Positions 8,939-18,600 of a stretch of DNA of 64,000 nt are shown here, in pieces (position 1 is the first letter of the stretch; every line of letters starts with the position of its first letter). The stretch spans positions 64,001-128,000 of the forward strand of contig JAVLKG010000004.1 in assembly GCA_032128875.1 (NCBI GenBank), in the 5' to 3' direction. Origin of the DNA: Candidatus Melainabacteria bacterium 17Bon1m (GTDB taxonomy: Bacteria > Cyanobacteriota > Vampirovibrionia > Obscuribacterales > Obscuribacteraceae). A program made the position numbers and the translations under genes. A model generated the notes under the pieces. That model did no database searches. It saw only the letters and a list, made by a program, of their open reading frames with translations, and was not told the DNA's origin.

Positions 8939-10504
8939 GTGGAAAAGGCTTTTGCGATATTAACAATGCTCGGCATACTGAGCGTGCTCATCATCGTGCA
9001 CGAATGCGGGCATTTTCTGGTTGCCAGGTTCTTCGGCTTCCAGACCCCGGTCTTCGGTTTTGGGCTGCCTTTCGGACCTTCGGTCACGATTGGCAAGCGA
9101 TGGAATACCGAGTTCAAAATCCACGCCTGTCTTTTGGGTGGATACGTTGCTATTCCCGAATTGGGCGATGAATCCAACGCTGATGCCTTTGGTCCCCCTG
9201 AAAAACCTTTTCGCAAGTTTCCAATCTGGCAACGCGCTCTGGTCGCTGTCGCCGGGGTTACTTTCAATGTCATCTTTGCCTATCTTGTCTGCTTGGTAAT
9301 GGTCCTGTCCCTGGGCGATCCTGTTACCCGGATTGTTTCTGAAGGGGTGGTTGGCAAGGACAATCCGATTGCTCAAAATGCTGGTTTTCAAACCGGCGAC
9401 ATGATTGTCGATATCGATGGTGCCAAGGTTAAGACTACGGCTGAAGCCATCTCCGCCATCCAGGCACACAAAAACAAGCACATGACGGTGACTATTCGTC
9501 GTCCGGTGGACGTAGACGCTTCTGCCTCCGTTGACGCAAAAGAGCAAACAGAAGCGGATCTCCGAGCTGTCGACGAGAAAGCGTACCAAGCCAAAGAAGA
9601 TGGTATGCAGAAACTGACTCTGGAAATGACTCCAAACGAGAAAGGGCAAATCGGTCTCAAATTGACCGACCGTGTTGCATATTTCAGCAAAGTTGAAGGC
9701 AATATTTTTGAGATTGCTGGTTATGCCGGTTACAAGCTGTATGAGCTGACCAAGCAAATGCTCGATGCTTTAGGGCAGATGGTTCAGGGTCTGGCTCAGG
9801 GGCTAACGGGTGCCAAAAAGGCTGCCGGAGGCGCACCAGCCGTAGGTATCGGTGACTTGCACGGCGTTCTGGCCGTGGTCGTCTTTGGCGCCGATGTTGC
9901 TCAACAAGACTGGAGCAAGCTGTTCATGTTTACCATCATGATCAGCATGGACCTCGCAATCATCAACCTTTTACCGTGGCCAGCACTGGATGGCGGTCAC
10001 CTTGCTTTCATGCTGTTCGAGGCAATTCGTGGCAGACCAATGCACGAGAAAGCGCAAGGCGAAATCGTCAAATGGGGCTTCATCAGTTTGATTGTGCTTA
10101 TGGTCGTCATCATGGTCAATGATGTGAGCGCGTTGATGACCGGCAAGCTGTCATTCAAAGCAATGAAAGAGAAAGCGAAAGAAGTACGGCAGCAGCAAAG
10201 TGATCAAAAGGACGCTTCACAGAGTAGAAGCGACACCGGCACTCCGGCTGCTGATTCGATCCCCGCAACGACGACAGAATCTGTACCGCCGTCTGGTACA
10301 GAATCCACGTCACCCGCGGCCGAAACCAAAGCACCTGCGGCAGAAGCCGTTACACCCGCGACCGAAACCAAAACGCCAGCGGCAGAAGCAGGTACACCCG
10401 CGACCGAAACCAAAGCACCAGCGGCAGAAGCAGGTACACCCGCTACCGAAACCAAAACGCCAGCGGCAGAAACCGTTACGCCGGCACCCGTTCCAGCACA
10501 CTAA
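8939..10504 (+). CDS. rseP: RIP (site-2) metalloprotease with PDZ domain and repetitive C-terminal tail
   Basis: HECGH (HExxH), LGGYV, PDZ-like GFQTGDMIVDIDG, NLLPWPALDGGH. Confidence 0.92.
   Translation: MEKAFAILTMLGILSVLIIVHECGHFLVARFFGFQTPVFGFGLPFGPSVTIGKRWNTEFKIHACLLGGYVAIPELGDESNADAFGPPEKPFRKFPIWQRALVAVAGVTFNVIFAYLVCLVMVLSLGDPVTRIVSEGVVGKDNPIAQNAGFQTGDMIVDIDGAKVKTTAEAISAIQAHKNKHMTVTIRRPVDVDASASVDAKEQTEADLRAVDEKAYQAKEDGMQKLTLEMTPNEKGQIGLKLTDRVAYFSKVEGNIFEIAGYAGYKLYELTKQMLDALGQMVQGLAQGLTGAKKAAGGAPAVGIGDLHGVLAVVVFGADVAQQDWSKLFMFTIMISMDLAIINLLPWPALDGGHLAFMLFEAIRGRPMHEKAQGEIVKWGFISLIVLMVVIMVNDVSALMTGKLSFKAMKEKAKEVRQQQSDQKDASQSRSDTGTPAADSIPATTTESVPPSGTESTSPAAETKAPAAEAVTPATETKTPAAEAGTPATETKAPAAEAGTPATETKTPAAETVTPAPVPAH
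10311..10478 (+). repeat. 4 x 42-bp coding tandem repeat (approx. PATETKTPAAEAGT) in the rseP tail
   Basis: Units start at 10311, 10353, 10395 and 10437. Confidence 0.92.
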
Positions 10505-10524
10505 TAAGTCAGAGGTTTCAAGAG

Positions 10525-10776
10525 ATGGCTCAATATGATTACCGCTGCAAAGACTGCCGAGAGGTGTTCACTGTTGAACGATCTATGACGGCAGAATCTA
10601 CCGACTGCGCTTGCGATAAGTGCGGCAGCACTGAAGTTACGCGTATTTGGAACGCATTCATTCGAGCCGGTGGCACCACCCCTGATGTCGGGCAGGGCAC
10701 CAGTAAATCTTCGAGCTCTTCCGGTGGTGGCGGCTGTGGCTCCTGCTCCAGCTCTTCCTGCGGAACTTGCCACTAG
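10525..10776 (+). CDS. FmdB-family zinc ribbon protein
   Basis: YDYRCKDC...CDKCGS and Gly/Ser/Cys tail GCGSCSSSSCGTCH. Confidence 0.88.
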   Translation: MAQYDYRCKDCREVFTVERSMTAESTDCACDKCGSTEVTRIWNAFIRAGGTTPDVGQGTSKSSSSSGGGGCGSCSSSSCGTCH

Positions 10777-10869
10777 AGTAAACGGGTGGCATTATGCCGC
10801 CCCTACAATGACTTTTGAAGTCATTCTACGTTCTGGACCGAAAGCAGCCTCACACACAATACAGGCATA

Positions 10870-11664
10870 ATGCAAGTCGACAGTTACTTCAGCTCCATCA
10901 CGATATTTACACTCGGTGTAATGTTGTCGGTGGTTGGATTGATCTGGGTTCGTCAGAAAGTCCATATCGATTCGCTTATGGAAAACCACGAGGTTGGTGG
11001 CTACATGCTGTCCGTCGTCGGTACTATGTACGCGGTCTTGCTAGGACTCGTGGTAGTTGATGCGATGACCCGCTTTCAAGAAGCGCGCACAATTGTTGAA
11101 GCTGAGGCTAATAGCCTGGCTGATGTGTTTGTTTTATCCCGACGCTTTCCTGAAGAAAAACAGAAAAAGATTGAGGCAATGTGTCTTGATTACGTGACCG
11201 AGGTTGTTCAGGTCGAATGGGACCTTATGGGCACCCAAAACAAAAGTTTCAAGGCTCGTAAGTTGGTTTTTGATTTGATTCACGAAGTCATTGATTATGA
11301 GCCGGTTACAGAGAGCCAAAAAGCGATCTATCCAATGGCCGTGGAAGCAGTTTGTAACTTGTGGGATAACAGGCGCGCGCGGACAAACATATCCGACAAC
11401 GGAATGCCTATCGAGGAATGGGTCGTTCTCGTCCTTGGAGCCGCGGTCTGCAGTGTGTTTTCGTACTTCTTTGGTTTGAGAAATTTGAAATCGCAGATAA
11501 TCATGACTGCACTTTCATCGTCTTTGATTGCGTTGAACTTGTTTTTGGTATTGATGTTCGGATATCCATTTTCCGGCGACATGAAAATCAAGCCCGATGC
11601 CTTGTACGTAGACAAGCTCATATTCGAGCGTCTTCTCGGCATAAACAAGAACTACGAGATGTAG
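10870..11664 (+). CDS. DUF4239-like membrane protein
   Basis: VVGTMYAVLLGLVVV, EANSL, EWDLM, R..R and YPFSG motifs. Confidence 0.78.
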   Translation: MQVDSYFSSITIFTLGVMLSVVGLIWVRQKVHIDSLMENHEVGGYMLSVVGTMYAVLLGLVVVDAMTRFQEARTIVEAEANSLADVFVLSRRFPEEKQKKIEAMCLDYVTEVVQVEWDLMGTQNKSFKARKLVFDLIHEVIDYEPVTESQKAIYPMAVEAVCNLWDNRRARTNISDNGMPIEEWVVLVLGAAVCSVFSYFFGLRNLKSQIIMTALSSSLIALNLFLVLMFGYPFSGDMKIKPDALYVDKLIFERLLGINKNYEM

Positions 11665-11745
11665 GGACGCATTGCCTGCGCCGTCTAGCGTAGGGACGCA
11701 TTGCATGCGCCGTTTAGCGTAGGAGCGGCATTCATGCCGCCCGTC
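11661..11745 (+). repeat. Three tandem GTAG-type REP elements (29-bp period)
   Basis: GTAGGGACGCATTGCCTGCGCC at 11661, GTAGGGACGCATTGCATGCGCC at 11690, GTAGGAGCGGCATTCATGCCGCCC at 11719. Confidence 0.88.
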
Positions 11746-11765
11746 AATTGATTGTGTTCGCAAAC

Positions 11766-12602
11766 CTAGAAGATGTCTTGATCCAATCCAGAAATAACGC
11801 TGCGGTTGTGCTTATTCGTACCTGAATAACCTGTCTCAGGAACCAGTAAACATCCCGTTTTTGCTCGTGGTTCGAAAGTTCCTTTTACTTCCCAGTGTGC
11901 GAGTTCTACTCCATCATCGACAAAGTCTTTCGAAGTGTAATAGCGCTCGATTTCTTTGCGGTACGCTTGCCTGTTTATTGGTTTTGACGCGATAGTCACG
12001 CCTCTGGAAATTGGCACTGCAGCAGTTTCTCCGATTTCCTTAGCGACTTTGCCAAGGCAACTGGGAAGATTGGCGATTGTTTCGCCCGTTTCTTTTGCTG
12101 TTCCTTCTATGCCTTTTGCAGTCACTTCAATACCTTTTGCAGCCCCTTCAATCCCCTTAGCCGCTCCGCCAATGCCCTTTGCGGCACCGCCGATTCCCTT
12201 GCTAACAGCTTTTCCGAGATAGCAAACCACATGTCCAATGCCATCAAGTTCCAGCCTGTCAGCTGCTGCTTTCGATAGATCGATGACACGTTTGCCGTAA
12301 TAAGGTCCGCGGTCCGTCACTGTAACCTGGCATGTTTTGCCGTTGGACGGATTCTCGACCAGAAGTTTTGTTCCGAATGGAAGCGTCTTATGCGCGCACG
12401 TCATGCTATGCATGTTGTAGCGAGTGCCAGAAGCAGTGCGCCTTCCGTGGAATTTCCCGCCGTACCATGAGGCGATGCCGGAAAATAGCTTTTTGAATGG
12501 TTCGTCGATGTTTGCTGCCAGTGCAGCATTTGTCGTTACGAGAGAAGACGCGAACGTAAACGCCACCAAGAGCGCAATGCTCCTTCTTATGTCTCTGTGC
12601 AT
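11766..12602 (-). CDS. rlpA: Septal ring lytic transglycosylase RlpA family protein
   Basis: GIASWYG...TASG, AHKTLPFGT, VTDRGPY...RVIDLS; likely ATG at 12602 followed by a signal peptide, with GAGG upstream. Confidence 0.88.
   Translation of the reverse strand: MHRDIRRSIALLVAFTFASSLVTTNAALAANIDEPFKKLFSGIASWYGGKFHGRRTASGTRYNMHSMTCAHKTLPFGTKLLVENPSNGKTCQVTVTDRGPYYGKRVIDLSKAAADRLELDGIGHVVCYLGKAVSKGIGGAAKGIGGAAKGIEGAAKGIEVTAKGIEGTAKETGETIANLPSCLGKVAKEIGETAAVPISRGVTIASKPINRQAYRKEIERYYTSKDFVDDGVELAHWEVKGTFEPRAKTGCLLVPETGYSGTNKHNRSVISGLDQDIF
12096..12200 (-). repeat. 5 x 21-bp coding repeat (KGIGGAA/KGIEGAA) in rlpA
   Basis: KGIGGAA KGIGGAA KGIEGAA KGIEVTA KGIEGTA in the translation. Confidence 0.88.
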
Positions 12603-12609
12603 TTCTTTA

Positions 12610-12950
12610 ATCCTCAATACACAACTCACGAAATGAGCAGCGGAGGGCGCACGTGCCCTGATGCGACTAACAGAGTGATTCCCGTCGCTTTGCTGCTGTC
12701 GTGTTTCCCTGACAGTTGCGTTTGCAGCTGTCTGTGTTTCCCTGGCAAAGGAATACAGGCGATGATCGACACTGCTCACCAGGCGCCTGTTTTCGTTTGT
12801 CAGTTGTGGGACAAAACACTGAAACGAAAGTTCCCGCAGCGGTTGCGATCGGTCGCTACCACGCGATTCGTATCCAATCGGCCATCAGTCCTTTGGCGTC
12901 GGAAGACTGCCTATTTGACCGGCTTTCCGGTAATCGTCCGACGCGTTTAC
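12610..12950 (-). ncRNA. Candidate structured RNA leader upstream of rlpA (family not recognised)
   Basis: Consecutive stems and an internal direct repeat CAGGGAAACAC(A)GACAGC(T/A)GCAAA. Confidence 0.4.
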
Positions 12951-13056
12951 GTGTCAGTTAAAAATCTTAGTTAGCTATAGATAATCTACGGAACCTGTTC
13001 GAAAATCTGCGGAACTTAAATCTGCTCTCACAAATCAGCGAGCTCACTTTGCACAA

Positions 13057-13956
13057 TTAACAAGTAAGTTCGCCTTTCAATTCCATGTCCGCGGCGATCA
13101 ATTGACGCAACTCCAACTCTTCTTCTTCGGAAATTGCAAATGACTCAGAATCATCGGGAAACTGTTTGGACTTCACATCATTCGCATAGCTAACAATTGC
13201 ATCGTTGCAAATGTCTGCCAGATTGGCATAGCGCCTTACGAATCGTGGTTGAAAATCGGTGAATTTGCCGAGCAAATCATCTGTCACCAAAATTTGTCCG
13301 TCGCAGCCGTTGCCTGCACCGATACCAATAGTAGGGATCTTCATTTCTTCAGTGAGGATGGCCGCCACCGCTTTCGGTACCATTTCTAAAACCACACTAA
13401 ATGCTCCTGCTTCTTCCAGTGCTTTAGCGTCGCGTATTAGTTTCACCGCATCTTCGGCTGTTTTGCCCTGTACTTTAGTACCGCCCAATCCGTGGATTGA
13501 CTGAGGGGTAAAACCCAGGTGTCCCATGACTGGAATACCCATCCCTACCAGTCTCTCGACGATTTCGAGGCTGAGCGGTGTGGCTCCTTCGAGTTTTACT
13601 GCATGCGCTTCGGCTTCTTTGATAAAGCGTCCAGCATTTGTTATGGCTTGTGTCACTTCAACCTGATAGCTCATAAAGGGCAGGTCGGCAACCACCAGCG
13701 CCGTCTTCACTCCGCGTGTCACGGCGCGCGTGTGGTGAAGCATCTCTTCCATTGTCACTGCGTGTGTGGTGCGGTGACCGAGCGCGACCATGGCCAGACT
13801 GTCGCCGACGAGGATGACGTCTACTCCCGCGCGGTCGACAATTTGCGCGGTCGAATAGTCATAGGCGGTAAGGCAGACAATTTTTCGACCCTCACCTTTG
13901 TATTTCAAAAGCGTGTGGGTGGAAACTTGCTTGGTTGATTGTGTGTGTTTGGACAT
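13057..13956 (-). CDS. panB: 3-methyl-2-oxobutanoate hydroxymethyltransferase
   Basis: LTAYD, ILVGDS, ADLPFMSY, VKLEG, GHLGFTPQ, IGIGAG..CDGQILV; start taken at MSKHT. Confidence 0.96.
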   Translation of the reverse strand: MSKHTQSTKQVSTHTLLKYKGEGRKIVCLTAYDYSTAQIVDRAGVDVILVGDSLAMVALGHRTTHAVTMEEMLHHTRAVTRGVKTALVVADLPFMSYQVEVTQAITNAGRFIKEAEAHAVKLEGATPLSLEIVERLVGMGIPVMGHLGFTPQSIHGLGGTKVQGKTAEDAVKLIRDAKALEEAGAFSVVLEMVPKAVAAILTEEMKIPTIGIGAGNGCDGQILVTDDLLGKFTDFQPRFVRRYANLADICNDAIVSYANDVKSKQFPDDSESFAISEEEELELRQLIAADMELKGELTC

Positions 13957-14073
13957 GGTTTTTGTTTCCCTTGTGGGCCTAATGATAACCGAAATAAATT
14001 CCGGCACAGTAAGCCTTTTTAATACTTGAGAGCCGGTTCTGAAAACTTGTCTTTAATTGCCCCGCGGTACTTC

Positions 14074-15567
14074 TTAATAGCCGCGCTTCTTGAACTCAAT
14101 TTCGCGCGCACGTCTGCGAACGTCATCCTGCTGAATGCTCACGATGTGCCGCGGGTCATATGGATACTTGCCGTCAATCTCGTGGAACTTCTGGTACATC
14201 ATGCCGGCATCGCTCGCCAGACCCATCTTTTCGAGGATGACTCCAAGATTGAAGTAGGCGGCTCCAAAGGTCGGCCGCAACGCCTGCGCCTGCTGGTATT
14301 TTGCGATGGCTCCGTTCAAGTCGCCTGAGATTTCTTGCAGTTCACCAAGGTGCTGAACCGCTTCATAGCATTCGGGATACATCTCGAGAATTCGTCCGTA
14401 GGTCTTCTTTGCGGCCTCATAGTTGCCGCCTTCAATCTCGAATACGCCCCGCTTTACGAGCGCCTGAACCTCGGCCATGTCATACAAAACTTTCTTACGA
14501 GACCCACTGCGCAGTGCCTTTTCTAGACTTTTGATTTTAGCGAGAGTCTCCACTCTGTCCACGCTGTTTTGCATGGCGACCGCTTCTTTATATGTATCGA
14601 CAGCCTCGATACCCAGACCTTTCACTTCGCAGCAAGCGGCTTTGTAGCACTTAAGTTTGTCGAGCGCGACGGCAGGATATTTCTTTGATTCGGCGTACAC
14701 CGGTGTGACCTTTTCCGCCTCGCGCATCGCCAGCAGGCAGCGGTCGACATCGCCACGATAATAGCGAACGCGCCCAAACTCGTAGTTGGCAGCGGCAAAC
14801 TTCGCGTCGCATTGCAGCGCCTTTCGATACTCGGCTTCAGCCGCATCGAACTGCGAATTCGAGCAATAAACGTTGCCCAAATAATAGTGAATCATTGGAT
14901 TGTCCGGAATCAGTCTTTCTGCTTCCTGCAGCTTTTGCAGTGATTCAGAAATGTCGCACAACCCTGATGAATACTTCTGATACATCGCCAATCCAAGATC
15001 TTGCAGAGCATCAAAATAATTGGGATTGCATCTTATGGCGTCATTGAATTGTTCGATTGCACTGTCGAGATCGCCTTTGTCTCTGAGCATCTCGCCCAGG
15101 TGATAGTGTGCGTCTGGATACTTAGGACTGGATTTGATGCACTCTTCAAATGCGCGCTCGGCTTCGTATGTTTTGCCTGTCTTGCGCAAGAAGAGTCCGT
15201 AATTGTTCCGGCATTCTACATAGTTGTAGTCGAGAGTCAGAGCCGAACCGAACCACATGTTGGCGTTGTAAGTGTCGCCGGCTTCAGCATACGCAAGCGC
15301 GAGCATGTGGCAAACTTTTTTGTTGGATGGATCATCGTTCTGAGCCAATTTCAAGAAATTGACTGCTTGAACGTAATCGCCTATTTGAAACGCTTGCAGA
15401 CCCTTCTGATAATTTGCAGACGCGCGCCCACGATTGACGCCAGGCGAGTCCGGATTCATGTATTCATGCTGAGCAGTCGTTTGACCGCCGCTCAAACTTA
15501 CAGTTGAAAACATCAGCAAGACTGCCAACGATTTCAAAAACGAGAAATTTTTGGACCTGTTTTGCAT
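14074..15567 (-). CDS. Secreted tetratricopeptide repeat protein
   Basis: Signal-peptide-like N-terminus and about 10 TPR units. Confidence 0.88.
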   Translation of the reverse strand: MQNRSKNFSFLKSLAVLLMFSTVSLSGGQTTAQHEYMNPDSPGVNRGRASANYQKGLQAFQIGDYVQAVNFLKLAQNDDPSNKKVCHMLALAYAEAGDTYNANMWFGSALTLDYNYVECRNNYGLFLRKTGKTYEAERAFEECIKSSPKYPDAHYHLGEMLRDKGDLDSAIEQFNDAIRCNPNYFDALQDLGLAMYQKYSSGLCDISESLQKLQEAERLIPDNPMIHYYLGNVYCSNSQFDAAEAEYRKALQCDAKFAAANYEFGRVRYYRGDVDRCLLAMREAEKVTPVYAESKKYPAVALDKLKCYKAACCEVKGLGIEAVDTYKEAVAMQNSVDRVETLAKIKSLEKALRSGSRKKVLYDMAEVQALVKRGVFEIEGGNYEAAKKTYGRILEMYPECYEAVQHLGELQEISGDLNGAIAKYQQAQALRPTFGAAYFNLGVILEKMGLASDAGMMYQKFHEIDGKYPYDPRHIVSIQQDDVRRRAREIEFKKRGY

Positions 15568-15662
15568 AGGTCGAATGATCTAACTCCATTTCCGAAGCCA
15601 GATCACATATTACAGTAAATGATATCTACGCGCCTTTTGATAACCGCTGGCACCGGTACGCT

Positions 15663-18600
15663 TTAACGTTGTTGCTGCTGTTGCAGTATTGCTTGACGCT
15701 GTTGCTCGGCTGCCAGGAGTTCTGCTGACTGCATGCGATTTTTCAGTCTCTGCGACAGATTCATATCTCCGTCCGGCAGCATGGCAGTGGCTGTTCCTGC
15801 AACGATCGGTGTTGAGTTGCGGTTTGCCCACCAGCGCATTTCGTTCTGGCGTCCTACCAGATTAATGGCGCCTTGCTGGAACGAACTCGTCAGTGCCGAT
15901 GCGCGTGCCTTCAGTGACGGCAGCAATTCTACCGGTCCGTTGGCTCCAACCAAATGTTGAACGTGCGGGTCGCCTGTTTCCAGGTACAGTTGACGCATAT
16001 GGTCTGAGAATTCGGTAACTACTTGGTGCGCTTTCTTCGGCTCCATGCCGCCCTTGATCAGTTTTAGTTCCGCAGGCAGACCCGATCCGAATACTTGTGT
16101 AATCGTGTAGTCTTGCGTGAATTGCTTCGGATCGCCTACTAGATCCGTCACCTTCTTGCCGTCGGCAATGGCTTTGGCCATGGCTTCGCCGAGACCTTCC
16201 ATCTTTGCGTAGTTCGCTTTGAGCGGGGGCAATATGTTGGAGAAAGTCTTGCCTTCCAACACTGTGAGCGGTGTTTCCATCTGAGCCGTGATCAATTCGC
16301 TGACCACATTGTCCATGGTGTCACGGTCGATGACCACCTTTTGACCAGGTTTGTCGAGGTTGTACAGTTCGTAGTCGCCCTTGGTCGAACCTTCACGAGA
16401 CAAGCGCAAGAGTGACTTGGCCTGAGCTTCGATGATTGGATCGCCTTTGCCCAGATATTCCATCGTCTTGGCGCCGATGACCATTCTGAGCGCGTCGATG
16501 GCGTGCACTTCGAAGCCCATCGGGTTGTCCGGAGTTGCCATCTTCTTCGGGCTGAACACATTGGAATTTTCCATCAAGCCGCCGTTGCGACGTCCGCCCA
16601 TGAGCAAGCGGGCAAGGGCAACCGGCATGTTGATACCTGTCCATGCGGTTCCGATAATGTCTGATGTGTTTTCGTCTCTGGTCGCCCTCAAGTAGCTTTC
16701 GATCAAGCGACCATTCGTCCACTTCTCGCCGTTGACCAGCAATTCCTTCGGTGTACCTTCGGGGCTGATGATGGTGGCGACTTCGTTGTATTTTGGTCCC
16801 AATGCCTTTTCAACGGCTTTGGTGAGAACACCGCCTTCACCTGATTTATCGAGAAATTTCGCTATCAATCCGTTCCAGTCATGTCCGATTTCGTGACCAT
16901 AGACGCCGATTGAGGTGGCGCGTTCGCCGGTCATGTTGATTGGGTATTTGACGAGGTCCGGTCCCCAGACTGTGACTTTCTCGCCTGTCTTTGGATCTTC
17001 GGTGATGATGCGGCGCATCGTGTACGGTCCGGCGTTGACTGTTTTGCCGTCCGGAGTTCTGACGAGGTCGGAGGAAACAGCAAAGAGCGGAGGCGTTTTG
17101 CCTTGCAAAATGGTGAACGGATCTTTGATGCCTGCTTCTTTCATCGAAGCGACGAGGAACGTGAAAAATTCGTCGCCCACTAAATTGAGCTGTTTGGCTA
17201 GAGCCTGGTTCGGACCCAGTCCGCCGGCTTGGCTCTGCGTTGCAGCATCTGCGAAGAAACGGAAAAGATCGTCGACTTGAGCGACGTCTTTTGTCGTGTT
17301 GACTTCTTTGCCGAGCGCAAACATGGTATTTGCTGCTGGTCTGTGTTCTGGTCCCAGAGGCGTTCTTTCGGCATTTGGAACTACTGCAGTGTAGACCTGA
17401 CCTTCCATTTGTTGCTTGTATGCAATGACGGCAGTGTCTTCGGCGGTGATGGCTGCGCGCTCATCGGCTGTGACTTTCGCCATTTCTTGCAAGTTTGCGA
17501 CGTTGATTTCGCCGTCTGCTGCAGATTGCTGTGCTGATTTGTCGTAAGGCTTAGTGCCGGGCTGCTCATGCGGTTCGACGGCAGTGGTGCCTTCTTGTTT
17601 TTTGAACTGTTGACCTGTTCCGTGTTCGTCAGCTATCTTCGTCATGTGGTCGTTGATGCCCATGACCTCTTCGCGCGTTCTTCTCATGCCTTCGAGAGCC
17701 GCGTCGAGTTTGACATTCACAAGATCCGGAACATTTGGAATTGGATCTTTGGCGTTGATTTGCTCTGGATTAATGCCTTTTTTCAAGAGAGCCAAAGTGC
17801 GGTCAAAGCCGTGATATTCACCGTCTTGACCTTTCAAACCGTGGCGATAAACCATGTGTGAATCGACAGCTTCGATGTGCTGGCGCTGAGCTTGCTCCAT
17901 CAAAGCTTTGGCCTGCTCGGCAGGAATATTGGCGAGCGGATTCTTAAGTGTGGGCTCTTCTTTCGGCTTGAATTTAGCTGACCACGTATCGATTTTTTCT
18001 GTGGTGCGATTGAGTAGATTGCCTACTTTTGATTCGTCACTAGTCCAGAAGTGCTCTACTTTTTTATCCCATGCGGCAAACTTTGGTGCCAGTTCTTTGC
18101 CTTCTACCCAGGCTCCCATGCGGTTTGCATAGGTGTTGGCTGCAGTTGCTGCTTCGCCTGTCTCGGCTGCAGGAGCTGTTTTTCCAAATCTGCCTACGAC
18201 ACTGTCGGCCCATCCGCCAACTGTTTTGGCAGAGCCGATTGGGTTTTCAATAATTTTGCCGGTCAGTCTTTCGGCTTTTATACCTATGTAGCCGCCTGCT
18301 GCAGCATCAAAGGCGAACATGCCCATATGATTGCCGAAATTGGTGGCGGCTTGATTCAATTCTTGTCTGTTTCGCGCAGCTGAGGCTTCAGAACCGCCTT
18401 GCGCAAATGCTTTGATGCCGTCGACTACGAACATGCCGCCCATGATGGTGGCAACGGCTGCTCGTCCTGCGCCGGTTTTCGGCAAAAATGTCCGCATCGC
18501 CACACCGATAGAACCGGCGAAAAGGGCTTTGCCTGCCGCCTCGCTGGGATTATTCCAGTAGTGCCCGAATGTGTTTGCAACGCCTTCCGGCGTCCTTAAT

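Noticed and set aside
11661-11745. Possible mini CRISPR array
   Set aside because: The 29-bp period leaves no unique spacers, units match the dispersed REP grammar, and no cas genes are present
12605-12950. c-di-AMP (ydaO) riboswitch, RNase P, tmRNA or SRP RNA
   Set aside because: The hallmark sequences I know for these families are not present
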